Source of the DNA: Octopus vulgaris
Lineage: Eukaryota
Direction: 5' to 3'
Length of the DNA: 64,000 bases
Assembly (NCBI GenBank): GCA_951406725.2
Contig: OX597817.1
Span: 113,088,001 to 113,152,000, forward strand
The stretch's first letter is position 1, and each line of letters opens with the position of its first letter. Positions 24,943-38,189 of the stretch are shown piece by piece. The notes beneath the pieces were generated by a model. That model was not told the DNA's origin and ran no database searches. It saw only the letters and a program-made list of their open reading frames with translations. A program made the position numbers and the translations under genes.

Positions 24943-27001
24943 ATCAGGCAGTGTAACAGTCTCTTAATCTATTTGGATGTTATGTTATTCTTTTGTTTGT
25001 TTATGTATATAACTATTGATTTATATTGATTAAGCAATTAAACTGAGTGAGGTACATCATTGTTCAGGATTGAAATGCTGTGGGATCACATATACTTTTC
25101 ATATTTCTGTAAGTCATTAAAATATACAAGAGTCATTTATATTGTTGGATGACGATGGCAATTTCAAAAGAAAGAAAAGATCTGTTTTTGAAACATCCAT
25201 CATCTTCTGTTCTATTTCTCATCAAGTTGATCTGTGTCCATTCCACCACAAAATGGTATAAAATATAAAGCAAAATGATTCACTATTCTTGTGTGTCTTC
25301 ATCTTGTTTAACTTGATCAGTCTTGATTCAGCAGGTCTTTGATTAAAGGTTGTGATCAATTTGATTATTTATTTCTTTGTTTTTATGTCAAGGACTACAA
25401 TGTCCAGTGTCATTATTCTTCTATATTTTATGTCTGTGATTTGAGGCAGATTCACTATCTGCTTCCTCTAGTGACAGCAATAAAGACTCCTTTGTTTACT
25501 CTTTTCATGCTCCTTTGATAAAATTGCGTGTGTGTGTGTGCATGCACACGTGCATGCATGTGCACATGTATGTGTTTAACAAATGTATGTGGTAAAATCT
25601 GAGTGCTGTTTATTTCTGCCTGCAATCTTACTGTGCATTTCTGTTGTTTCAGGTCTGTGTATACATGAATTGGGATTAAAACATGTTTGCATTGTCTTGG
25701 ATTAACTGACAAAGTACTGTCTTGGATTAACACACAAAGAGTTTCTTGGATTAATTGACAACATTTTCACAACTGTCTGCAAAGAATATTTTAAATTTGA
25801 TATTATATGCGGTAAGGTTCAAGTTACTTTTTGTCATTATTATTAAGTCTGAAACTGTTTCTGTGATAATTTTGAAGTTAATTTCCAGGTTTTTTCCTAC
25901 ATTTATTTATATAATGTTTTCTTAAAATGACGTACTAAAATTAAGGATGGGTCCAGGTATATTTTAATTTTATTTTTCTCAAGATTCAGACATTTATGGC
26001 ACTGAGGATATGAAGGTGATAATAAGCAACTAGCCAAATCTTTATTCCTGTTTTGATTCTTAATTATAGGTGTTTTCAATTCACTTACACCATTATTCTT
26101 TTACTCTTTTACTGGATTCAGTCATTGAATTTTGGCCATTCTGAGGCACTGCCTTCATGGGTTTTTATTTATCATAACAACCCCAGTACTTATTTCATCT
26201 AATACATATTTTATCGACCTCCATTTGCCAAATGTCTAAGTTACCTTTTAACCCTCTCAGACCTGGGCCCCTGTGTCTAACTTTATCCTCCACTTGGGTT
26301 CCTGAGCAGAAAAAATAAATAGTTGCATATACAGCTCAAGAGTAATGATTTCAGGCAAAAAAATGCACAGAATCACAAAAAAAAAAAAAAAAAAAAAATT
26401 CAGAAGAATAACAATATACCATATTTATTCACCTGAATTGATACTTTTCTCATCATTTTCACCAATTTGTCTGAATCACTCTCTTGCTGGCATAAGAATA
26501 AATCATTCAAAGAATAAATATCATCAATAATTTCTTCAAATATAAAGAGTTTAGTCTTTGCTCATTTACAAGATGAAGTGCTGGGTTCATCTCATGCTCA
26601 TTTCATCACAAAATTTTTTTTTTCACCCTCAATTCAAAACAAAAGTAAACAACATTTATGAGGGACAATATTAACAATGAGTCATAAACACCCTTGACTA
26701 CAAAGTTACAATATGATCAGTTGTCTCATTTTAGTATTTTATTTTCCATTTCTATATATGTTGTTCATTACCACTTTACCAAGATTCTAACAGAGATGGT
26801 GTTTAAGCTATTTCCACTATAGCAGGAACATGACATGATAGGGATAACATAAAAGGACACAATTCAATACAGTTGACACTCGCTTGCACAAGCATACACA
26901 TGCGCATACATGGACATATATGTATATATCTCATATATGTATATATTGTACATATATATGTCCATGTCTGTGTGTGTGGGGGTATATATTACACACACAT
27001 G

Positions 27002-27055
<54 letters not shown>

Positions 27056-27344
27056 CATTCTTTTATTTGTTTCAATCATTTGACTGCGGCTATGCTGGAG
27101 CACCACCTTAAGGAGTTTTAGTCAAACAAATTGACCCTAGAACTTTTACTTTGTAAGCCTAGTACTTATTCAATCAGTCTCTTTTGCTGAACTGCTAAGT
27201 TACAGGGACGTAAACCTGCCAACATCGGTTGTCAAATAATGGTGGGAGGACAAGCAGAGACACAAACACAAATACATACACATACATGTATATATATATA
27301 TATACACACATACACATATATATATATATAAATATATATATATA

Positions 27345-27985
27345 ACAAAGTGGAGTTGTAGGGTACCGCACGAGTGGAATTATATACGAAAGAAGGTTTG
27401 AAAATGCAATTTTAAAAGATGTTTATTTACTTTACCAGTTTCACTATTTGGAAAAAGATTGTCAAAAGTAACATGTAGAAGTTTGGTTACGTTAATTATT
27501 GGTTGTTACAAAATGCTACATTACATATATACAGTCTTTGGTAACAAGGACATGTTAAGGACATAAAAAAGTTTAACAAGTTCCTTAAAATATTGGGCAC
27601 AAAAGATTACAACATAAATAATCATTCTCAAGGACATGTTAAAGATAGTTTCCAGAAGGAATTATTAAAAAGTTCAGTGGGATATTGGTATTGTATCTGT
27701 ATATTCAAACATGCACAGAATATTGGTTGACATAGAGTACTCCAATACATATATATACATTCTTTGGTGACAAGAGCATGTTAAGAACATAAAAAAGTTT
27801 AACAAGTTCATTGAAATATTGGGCACAAACGATTACAACAAATACATTATACATTCTCAAGATAATTTCCAGAAGGAATTATTAAAAAGTTCCGTGGAAT
27901 ATTGGTATACACGCACAGAATATTATGAGTTCAAAAAGGTTTACATTATAATAGTAGGGAAGCTAAAACTGACCTGTCCACTATG
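27345..27985 (-). mobile_element. PLE-type terminal region with a decayed hammerhead (27427-27471) and an internal ~225-bp direct duplication
   Basis: Minus strand ttactt-TTGACAA-tctttttccaaatagt-GAAA-CTGG-TA-aagtaa. 27535-27723 is repeated at about 27761-27924. Confidence 0.55.
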
Positions 27986-27989
27986 TTAA

Positions 27990-29945
27990 TGTAAAAGAAT
28001 ATTCAAGAATAATCAAAGGCATATCCATCAGAATATCTGATCTATCCACCAATGAAGAAATCTTCAATAACTACACCAACTATTATAACCAAGCTCTAGC
28101 TGCTTGTGGTTTTTTCCAGAAAGTTAGATTTATACCCAACACTAGACTTAAGGAACACCTCTTGAAACTTAGCTCTGGACAAATGCACACAAATATTAGA
28201 AATCCATTCCCTCCTACTACAATCAGTCAATCTTGCCCACCTAGCACCCGCATGCACAACACTCGATCTACGAACACTAATACTAACACTAACATTAGAT
28301 CTTCCAACTCTCTAACACTCAGTAGGAATTACACCTCCCCTAACTTGCCTAATAAATGCAGCAGGAGACCTATTCTCTGGTATACACCCTTCATTTGCTT
28401 TAAACATTACGGGCTTCACGAAAGCTTTCTTTAGAATAGTAGAGTCCAATTTCCCACAAAACCATATGTACCATTCTATCTTTAACAGATCCACTTTGAA
28501 ATTATCCTATTCATCTACACCAAATATAGAAACTATAATCACCTCATCTAATAAACATAAATTTAGCTCCTACTCTCTAAATATGTCCAATGCAGAAGGT
28601 TCAATATCATATACCGATGCACTGTTCACAGCATGGTAAATAACTCCTGTAACTACTATGTTGGTTCTAACACCAATTTTAAACAAAGGTATTATGCAAA
28701 TTTAAACTCATTTAAATATAAGGAAAATAGCAATTCCACATCACTAGCCAGCCACATACACCATCTAATTAATAGAAAATACAGTATAAACTTTCCTGGG
28801 CTATAATAGACTTGGGTACCCCATATCAGGGCCAACACTCTAGTTGTGAACTTTACTTAAAATTCTAACCCACAACTCACCACAATTGCTTAATAAATAC
28901 AATGAGGCCTTCACTACATGTAAGCACAAATTCTTCCGCACTTTTAAATTCTTTCATAAATCTAAATGTAAGCTCACCCGCATACAAACCCCTATGATCA
29001 TTAACACATACCCCTTCTATATCTCTATAACTATTATTTCTTCCTTATGTCTTACCTCATATCTGTCTACCCTACCTCATCACACTATGAGATAATTATA
29101 ATTCTGTAATTTATCCTTAATGTATTTTAAACCTTAACCCAATAGACCCACTACTATAAACCCCTAACTCTAACTACCACTCATAAATAATTTAACATTC
29201 AACTAGCTCTTCCTTTCTTGACTACCTATGCACACACAACCCCATTGCTAAAAATAACTCTACACCCATTGACCTTAGCAAGGATGGACACAAGCAATGA
29301 CTGCCAAATTTCCTCCCAACAACTTTAGACTTTGAGACAACCAGACATCTACTACTCTCTTTTAAATTCTTTTCATTTCACTCTATTTTTTTACCCTATC
29401 TTCCTCTACCACATCATCCTCTCTCTCTTATCTTCTCAGTTACCCCTTAGACAGCATACACATATGCACCATACATCATCCTAAAATCCCCCCTACCTCA
29501 TTCTATCTGCCTCTCTTTCTATTTATTTTCTTTTACTAATTAATAGCCACCGCCGCTACCATTCTGTTATTGAACATTGATATGTTCATGTATTTTTCTT
29601 GGTCTATCTACTATATCCAGACTTTAACCCACATGGATATATGTAGGATTGCACCTAAAGATTTATGCTCATGGATGGAAAATTGAACTATGAACTTGTA
29701 TAGCTTCTTTTTTCTTCTCTCTTTCCATCTCCTTATTCTTTTACTCCCTTTCTCTATGTTCTCATTTTATTGATATATACCATTCTCATTTTCCATATTA
29801 TTTCCCTATTTTACTCTGATGTCAAAATATCCCATGCTCAGGGATATCCCAAAAACAGCTGTAAGATTTTGGATTTTTTTCCTATAATAATATTGTATGT
29901 GACTTGAGATATTTGGATTGTCTTAATGTCTGATGTCCTGTTTAA
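27990..29945 (+). mobile_element. 5'-truncated Neptune-like PLE: RT thumb, GIY-YIG endonuclease and 3' region with a decayed hammerhead
   Basis: Peptides IIKGISIRISDLSTNEEIFNN..YYNQALAACGF, RRPILWYTP, IIYRCTV, YYVGSNTNFKQRYY..SFKYKENSNSTSLASHIHHL and LLNKYNEAFTTCKHK. Hammerhead relic CTGATGt..atatccc/gggatat..aAAA-C-AGCT-G-TA at 29816-29866. Confidence 0.85.
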
Positions 29946-29958
29946 CTATTATATATAG

Positions 29959-29998
<40 letters not shown>

Positions 29999-30821
29999 GG
30001 AATATATATATGTGTGTGTATATATAAGCATAAAGATATAGATAAATGGAAAGTATATGTATTTGTGTATAAATATATATATATATGTCTATATATATAT
30101 ATACACTTCCCAACAACTACACCAGCGTACACACTGGCACTGACCACTTCCCAGCACTTGACCATCATCCACACACCTACACATGCACACACGCACATGT
30201 CAAGGTCACCAGCCGCCTTCCACATGCACATACACGCTCTCACATACGCACACACACTTTCGTTTGGATATCATCACTAATTTATTATCTCCCCTTCTTT
30301 CTAGCTCTTCTGTGTGACCTCTTTGTCTGGCATTCACCATGAAAGATCACTAGCCGCTAAACCTTTTTCTGTATTCTCTCCCTGTTTATTTCTGTGTTCA
30401 TTTCTGTCGAAGAGCATATTTCAAACAAAGACCATTTTCCCATATTACTTCATATTTTTAAGAAACTACCATTCGATAATTTATACAAATTTCACATTTT
30501 ATATCTCTGAGTAGCAGAAGTGTTGTCTATCAATGCTTATCAATATAGGATTCCATTATAGGGACAACATTTCTGCGAAACGATCATAATATGCTTTAAA
30601 AACTTAATATGAAACTTTAAAAATGTCATATTTATTATTATATATTCATACTTATACATATTTACATATATTTATATTTTTAATACAACAATTGTTCTGT
30701 ACACGTATACATCTTTCGGAAGAATTTTCTGATACTGATTTCCTGATATTATTAACAATATATTATATAGTATATGTAAATATATATATACATACTATAT
30801 ATGTATATATATATATACACA

Positions 30822-30865
<44 letters not shown>

Positions 30866-30899
30866 ACATACTATATATATATATATACATATATACACA

Positions 30900-30946
<47 letters not shown>

Positions 30947-31239
30947 TCATCATCATCATCGTTTAGCGTCCACTTTCCATGCTAGCATGGGTTGGACGGT
31001 TCTACTGGGGTCTGTGAAGCCAGAAGGCTTCATCAGGCCCAGTCAAATCTGGCAGTGTTTCTACGTCTGGATGCCCTTCCTAATGCCAGATGCCCTTCCT
31101 AACGCCATATATATATATATGTAAATGTATACACTATATGCATATACACATATATGTATATATTATATGTACATATATATGTATATACTATATGTGTATA
31201 TATATATGAATATACTATATGTATATATTTTTTTTCTCT

Positions 31240-33378
31240 CTCTAGTTTCAGCTCAGAGCTGCGGCCATGCTGATGCACCGCCGTTTTGCTACACTGTTAT
31301 TACTAAGAGCCTCCTCTAATATGTGGCACTTGGTGAAGAATGGAGTTTGATATAGGTACCCTCATTTGCACCTCTTGCCATGAGGTAGGTTCATCTAGGA
31401 CTCTCGACAGGAAGAGGTCCAGCTTTGATTTAAAAACCCCTACATCTACATTGTGCAAGTTCCTCAGACTCTTTGGGAGAATATTAAAAAGCTGTGGGCC
31501 CTTGAAACTCAGGCTGTTGCAGTAACTGGTCCTGAAGTGTGATGGCATTGCTGGGATCTTTGCCACTGTGCAGTGTCATCCTGTTCTGGCATTGGTGTAG
31601 CTTTCAATGCCAAAATTTGGCACAATTCTTTCCAGGATCTTCCAGATATATGTTACTGCATACCTCTCCCGTCTTCTCTCGAGGGAGTAGAGTCTTAGCT
31701 GTTTCAACCTTTCCCAGTAGCTAAGCTGTTGCAAAGAAACGATCTTCTTTGTGAATCTTCTCTGGATTGCTTCAAGGTCCGCTGTTAATTTCACACTATG
31801 AGCAGTAATCCAGGCAGCTGAGGATGAATGTCTGCCAGAGGACCATCATGGTTTCCTTATCTCTGGTTCTGAATGTTCGTAGGATTCATCCAGCCAGTTG
31901 TTTGCACTTTGTCGCCATCCTGGTAATGTGCACTTAGAAAGAGGTATTATCACTCATGTCGATACCCAGGTCCCTCGCTGACTTAGGCTCTGGGGTTGAA
32001 ATTACCTGTGGACCAGTGTACCCTGTAAGTTTCATATTCAGTTTTGGATGCTGGTAGCACAGGGCTTGGAATTTTTCAACATTAAACTGCATAATATTAT
32101 CCTCAACCCATCTGTAAATTGAGTCCAATTCCTGCTACAAGGTGTACATCATCACTGGGATCCTGTATTTTCTGCGAGACTTTCTTATCATCTGCATAAC
32201 TTGTGAGGGTGGATATCCAAGCATTTGAGGGCATATCTGAGAGGGCCACTATAGAAAGCAGTGGTCCCAAGACAGTGCCCTGTGGAACACTGCTCACTAT
32301 TTGTGTATTCATAGAGGTGGCTCCATTAGCCACTACTGCCTGACTCCTATCTTTCAGAAAGTCATGTAACCACTCTCCAAGTTTTCCAGCTATGCCAAGG
32401 TCACGCAGTTTGTGGCATATCATACCATGATCCACTTTGTCAAAAGCTGTTGCAAAATCAAGGTACATTACGTCTACATTTGATTTATTGAGTAACTACC
32501 TCAACACCCAGTCATAATGTTGTAAGAGCTAGGTCAGGCAGCTCCTACCTGGTCGAAAACCTTGCTGGGTATCACTCAGCAAGTTATTTTCTTCAAGGAA
32601 TGCGATTAGTTTCCCTCTGACTATCCGTTCGATGACTTTGCTGATGTGTGAAGTCAGAGAGATAAGCCTATATTCCCTCCTTCAGCCTGCTTGGCAGTTT
32701 GGCATTTTCTTTTATTTTATCTAGTTTCAGCTCACGAGCTGTGGCCATGCTGGGGCACCACCATTGTAAGAAAGCTCTGGAAGAGAATCTGGAGGGGTTT
32801 TTCCAGGGCATGTTTACACGATTTGAGGAAGATTGCTGGGAAACCATCAGGTCCAGCAGTTTAGTTTGTGTCCACTTCATCTATGGTTTGTAGTATATCT
32901 TCTTTGCTAATGTCAATGTATTCCATTGTAACTGCCTCACTGGTTATAGGTGAGGCGGCAAAGAAGTCCACTTGTTCGTTCACTTGTCTGTGCTCCAATG
33001 GGGTGGTAAAGACACTTTTGAACTGGTCATTCAGTATCTCACTGATCTTAGTTGGACTGTCTGTGAGGGAGCCATTATTTTGGAGGAGGGGTCCTATCTT
33101 GCAGTGTTCTGAGGCTGTTTCTTTTGCGTAATGAAAGAAGGCCTTTGGGTTTGATTTAATGTTTTTTATAACCCAGGCTTCTTTGTGTGCTTTCTCCCTC
33201 ACATAGGATTGTTGCAGCCTTTTTTGATCTCCATCAGTGTTGTTTTTAGGCAGGACGTTTCGCTACCTTTGGGATGTTGGTTGAGTCAATTTGCAATCTT
33301 CGTCCGTCGTCTCATGAGGATCTTCCTCTCCCTTAGAATCTTGTTCCTATTTGTTTTGGCCTTGTGCTCTGGGCCATA
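31240..33378 (-). pseudogene. CR1/L2-group LINE, 5'-truncated, with disrupted reverse transcriptase and intact 3' terminus
   Basis: NPKAFFHY, YLDFATAFDKVDH, VPQGTVLGPLL, YADD, RDLGI, IQRRFTK and SYWERLKQLRLYSLERRRER across frameshifted ORFs 31303-33202. Confidence 0.93.
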
Positions 33379-33480
33379 TTTCTGGCATATATATATTATG
33401 TATATATACTATACAGATATAAACCATATGTATATATATGTGTGTGTGTATGTATATATATATATATATATGTATATATA

Positions 33481-33850
33481 CGAGCAAAACGCCCCCACCC
33501 ATCCACCCCGTCCAATGGACGGTGCTGAGTTGTCAAGCATTTAAACCAAATTTTCTCAAAACAACTTGTTCGACTGTCCCATAGGGTTCCTCTTTGAGAA
33601 ACACTGATTTAACCTAAATTTGAGACACCAGCAAAAGAAGAATTAATGATAGATTTTTTCCTATTCCGAAGAAAAACGATTTTATTCACTTTATCGATCG
33701 CATTCTCACCTGGAATTGATTTTTGTAATTTTTTCAAGACTTATACATGCCCTGATACCATCGGTATCTACATATCAAATTTGAGTGCTATCGGATGGAG
33801 CATGCCCGAGATCCTAGAAGCCAGCCAGACAGAAAGGATTTTATATAAGA
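33481..33850 (-). mobile_element. Short non-autonomous Helitron-like element
   Basis: Minus-strand 5' TCTTATATAAAATCC..TCTGTCTGGCTGGC. Subterminal hairpin CCGTCCA-A/T-TGGACGG and a 3' CTCG|T end in an AT tract. Confidence 0.65.
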
Positions 33851-34009
33851 TATATTTCGGCTCTACCAGTCATTCTTTACAACACCTGTCTGTGCTCAGA
33901 TTGTCCTTGCACAGGGGCCATCTGGACTCCTGTCTTTGCCGTGAACGGGGATTAATCTTCACTTTTCACTCCTTTGTGCCACATGGGCTCAACACTCCTC
34001 CTCTCCCCT

Positions 34010-34870
34010 TTCACATGGTACTGGCAATGACCATGCTCAAATGGTGTTTTTTACATGCCACCTGCACAGGAGCCAGTCCGGTGGCACTAGAAACGACCAT
34101 ACTCGAATTTTGTTTTTCACATTCCACCAGCAGAAGTGCCAGTAAGGCGACGCTGGTAATGATCACGCTTGAATGGTGCTTTTTACGTGCCACTGACACG
34201 AGAGCCAGTCAGTGGCCCTGGCAACGATCACGCTCAGATGGTGCTCTTAGCGCTCCTCTAGCACGGATGCCAGTCATGCGGTGCTGTCATTTAATTTGAT
34301 TTTGATTTCACTTGCCCCAACAGGTCTTCACAAGCAGTGTTTAGTGTCCAATAAAGGAAAGGTACGCATAAGTGGGCTGGTTAAACCACTAGCATAGATC
34401 ACGGGTTATGGTCTCACTTGGCTTGCCGGGTCTTCTCAAGCACAGCATATTCCCAAAGGTCTTGGTCACTAGTCATTGCCTTGGTGAGGCCTAATGTTCG
34501 AAAGTCGCACTTCACCACCTCGTCCCAGGTCTTCTTGGGTCTACATCTTCCAGAGGTTCCCTCAACCGCTAGGGTGTGATACTTTTTCACACAGCTATCC
34601 TCATCCATTCTCACCACATGACCACACCAGTGCAGTCGTCTCTCTCTTGCACACCACATCTGATGCTTCTTAGGTCCAACTTTTCTCTCAAGGCACTCGC
34701 ACTCTGTCAAGTATGTACACTGACATTACACATCCAGTGGAGCATACTGGCTTCATTCCTTGAAAGCTTACGCATGTCCTCAGCAGTCACAGCCCATGTT
34801 TCACTGTCATGTAGCATGGCTGTTCATACACATACGTCATACAGTCTACCTTTTACTCTGATCAAGATTG
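34010..34870 (-). pseudogene. RTE-clade LINE 3' part (RT C-terminus and repeat-containing 3' UTR)
   Basis: RVKGRLYDVCV, MLHDSETWAV and RLHWCGHVVRMDEDSCVKK...GRCRPKKTWDEVV, followed by the ~60-bp AAAAGCACC units. Confidence 0.9.
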
Positions 34871-36325
34871 GCTGTGTGAATGCGTGTGGCTTAGGGTCCC
34901 CTTTGAAATAAGGGTACCTCTTAAATGACATAAAGTCATACAAGTTAGAAATCATAGCCATAAGTGAGACCAGACTCCATAATTCACAGGCCCTTAAGTC
35001 CATGGTTAGTGGACAGTTTAACATTTATTTTTCTCCCCATCTGCCGAGATTGGGCAGCAGTGGCACAGAGTCTGGATCTCGAAGTAAAGACAATATTTGT
35101 AGACTCGGAGGGTAAACTGATTTTCCTGAATGTCAACGGCAGCAATGGGTGCACTTTTGACTCGTATCAGTCTATGCACCACCTTTAACAGGTCGGCCGG
35201 ATTTCTTTCAACGTCTAGTAGTATTCCTAGCAACGTCTCATCTCTTACTTTTAGTGGGGGATTGGAATGCTACTTTGGACACAAATATAGACAATGTGGG
35301 CAGAGATAGGAATAGACAGGGATGCAAATGCCTCAGAGACCTGCTCAGATGCTTTCAACTATCTCACAGGTACCGACTCGACCACCCAAATGTGCCAACG
35401 TGGACATGGAGCAACCGCATCAGGTCGTTGAGATCATATCTAGATAGGACACTGTGTAGGACACTAAATAGAGATAGCTTAGGATGTCCACAATTCCACA
35501 TAGTCAGCTACACGGATCACAAACTTGTGTCATGTATGCTAGACTTAGATAAGACACATAGGCAGGGTGCCGGGTACTAGAAACTAAACACGCCTTTCCC
35601 GTCGAGACAGGTTTTCAGAGATTGAATTAGCACACTAGTAAAGAGGGCTTTGACGGGAGCCATCATCAACAACAAATGGTAGTTTGCCCTCAAGAGATCA
35701 ATAAAAGTAGAAGCGATCAGGTATAGCAAAGCACTAGCCATAGATACAAACAGAGTAGAGGGCGACCTAGTTAAGCTAGAAAAGGCGATTAGATGTGGCA
35801 TCGTATCCGACGTTTTGGCAGTGAAGTTGGCCCTCGACCAACACTTCAATGCCAAACACAAAGGGTGTGTTGTCAGAGCTAGAATGCATGCTCTAAGGAA
35901 CGAAGGTATTGGAGCCACACGAGAGGCCCTGGTGGCAGAGGTGCAACAGGAAAACAAAGCCACCATTTGGTCTCTGGTAGATGAACAGAGGCGTGAATTA
36001 CTCGAGCCAAGCAAAATGTGTGAGACCTTTCAACAGCATTTTGCCCAACTGTTCAGGATGAGTGGCGAGCAGAACACAGGGTGGACTTCAGTGCCTACCT
36101 GCACAGCCTGCCATGACTCTTGACAAGAGAGGTAGGGTGCTGCGAAGGTGCCATCACAGCAGCAGAAGTGCGGGAGGTGATGGCAGAATGCTCAAGAGAC
36201 AAATCGCCAGGTTTGGATGGTCTACCCTACGAGCTTTACAGTTGTATGCCAGACTTGTTTGGAGATGTCTTGGCTGCAGTGTACTGCAACTGGCAGCAAA
36301 ATGGGAGCATCCCCGGTTTTGCGAG
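34870..36325 (+). pseudogene. L1/Tx1-like LINE ORF2 fragment (APE endonuclease to start of RT)
   Basis: VSVYAP-like segment, GDWNATLD, PTWTW, SYLDR, DHKLV, GAGY*KLN and DKSPGLDGLPYELY, with stops and frameshifts. Confidence 0.88.
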
Positions 36326-36830
36326 CATTAAAATCATCTAAAATGACATCTTTGTCATCATGGGGGATATTGCGTATAATCTCTGTGAGTGATAGATAGA
36401 AGGCAAGTTTATCATCCTCTGATGAATTAATAGTTGGAGCATATGCACTTGTGAGTGTTGCATAGCAAACTTTTCTTAATGGAAGTCTTAAAGACATCAA
36501 ATGATCTGAATGACCACATGGTAGTTCCTCAAGTTTTGAACCCAGAGTAGTTTTGATAGCAAATCCTCCTCCTGATTCTCTCTTATAGGTCACCTGTCTA
36601 CCATTCCAAAATAAATGATACCCAGCAGATTTCTCTCCGAAATTCCCCTTTCCATGAATTCTTGTTTTGGCTAATGCTACAACATCCATATCATATCACT
36701 GTAACTCTTTTGCAACATGCTCTGATCTTCTCTCCGGACAAGATATCAGACAATCATTCTCTAATATCGTTCGAACATTCAAACATCCTATATTCATAGG
36801 CTTGCATCTTAACTTGAATTTAATCCCAGT
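36325..36830 (-). pseudogene. RTE-BovB-like LINE, N-terminal APE endonuclease fragment
   Basis: NIGCLNVRT, PERRSEHVAKELQ, DVVALAKTR, GYHLFWNG, RESGGGFAIK, LMSLRLPL, SAYAPT and DFNAR. Confidence 0.88.
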
Positions 36831-37744
36831 TGCAGGCTGATGACTGGATCCAGGTTGTGGTGCCCTGGGACACCTGCCAGGCCAGACCACAGAACAAAAT
36901 ATTTCCAAACCCTTTTTGCCATTTGATTCATTACCAGTATGAACTTTCATTGTTTAGATGTGCCTTTTTAAGCTTCAGCCAGCCATGTACATACAAGATG
37001 TCCATTTCTTTTTCCTTCCCAGCAAAACCTGTGCCTGACACTTTTTAAAGTGAGGAATAGTTTTGTACAGCAACCATTCCTTGTCTCTAAACTACAATGC
37101 ATGATCCAAAAAGAAGAACAAGTCAACATCGTTAGGTGCATTTGCAGTCGCAGGTTTTATATCAGTGTCCTTCTGATATACAAAAATTTCACAAACAGGG
37201 AAGAATATCGATATTGCACAGACGATGGTCAGACCCAGAAAGAGCAAGCAGTCTAGCTGATCGGTCACATGTGAAGAGAAGAGAGAGATAAGTGGAAGCT
37301 GGAGGAACAAAAGAATTAAGGAGGGGGAAGAGAAGAGAGAGAAGTAGAGGGACAGAAGAATTATGGGGGAACAAGAAAAAAATGACAGGGACACAGTGAA
37401 GTGAAAAGTGGAGGGAAAGTGAGTAAGAAGATAAGGTAAAGAAATGTGAGAGAGGGGGAACGAAAGAATGAAGAGTGGAATGAATGAATAAGCATGAAAG
37501 GGTTGATAGAAATAGAATTGTACAAGATTTTGTAAAATGTGTACTTACATATAAGTGAACAAAGTGTAGATTGAAACAATTTCAAGAATAATCAGCCGAA
37601 ATTGCAAGGATAATCTGGTTCTTTGTATCGTCTATCTAGATGTTTTGTTGTCCCTTTTTGTATCACCTAGTTGCCAGATGTTTTGCATTCTTGTCCCATT
37701 TTGTATTTTATATATATATATATATATATATATCATCATCATTC

Positions 37745-38060
37745 ATCATCATCGTTTAACGTCCGTTTTCCATGCTAGCATGGGTTGGACGGTTCGACCT
37801 GGGATCTGGGAAGCCAGAAGGCTACACCAGGCTCCAGTCTGATCTGGCAGTGTTTCTACAGCTGGATGCCCTTCCTAACGCCAACCACTCCGTGAGTGTA
37901 GTGGGTGCCTTTTACGTGCCACCTGCACAGGTGCCAGGCGAGGCTGGCAACAGCCACGATCGGATTGGTGCATTTTACATGCCACCGGCATGGAAGCCAG
38001 TCAAGGCGGCGCTGGCATCGGCCACAATTCTAATGGTGCTTTTTACGTGTCACCGGCACG
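37745..38060 (-). mobile_element. RTE 3' tail copy (young)
   Basis: Very similar to 49382-49640. Confidence 0.85.
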
Positions 38061-38131
38061 ATATATATATATATGTGTGTATATATATGTATGTATGTAT
38101 ATATATGTATATGTATGTATATATATGTATG

Positions 38132-38188
<57 letters not shown>

Positions 38189-38189
38189 T

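Noticed and set aside
33646-34299. 217-aa ORF, the longest in the track
   Set aside because: It runs antisense across a Helitron-like element and the RTE 3' UTR repeats, making it a chance chimeric frame.
37092-37394. Minus-strand ORF faintly resembling a PLE RT segment
   Set aside because: The similarity is too weak to call by eye and the N-terminal half is low-complexity pyrimidine sequence.
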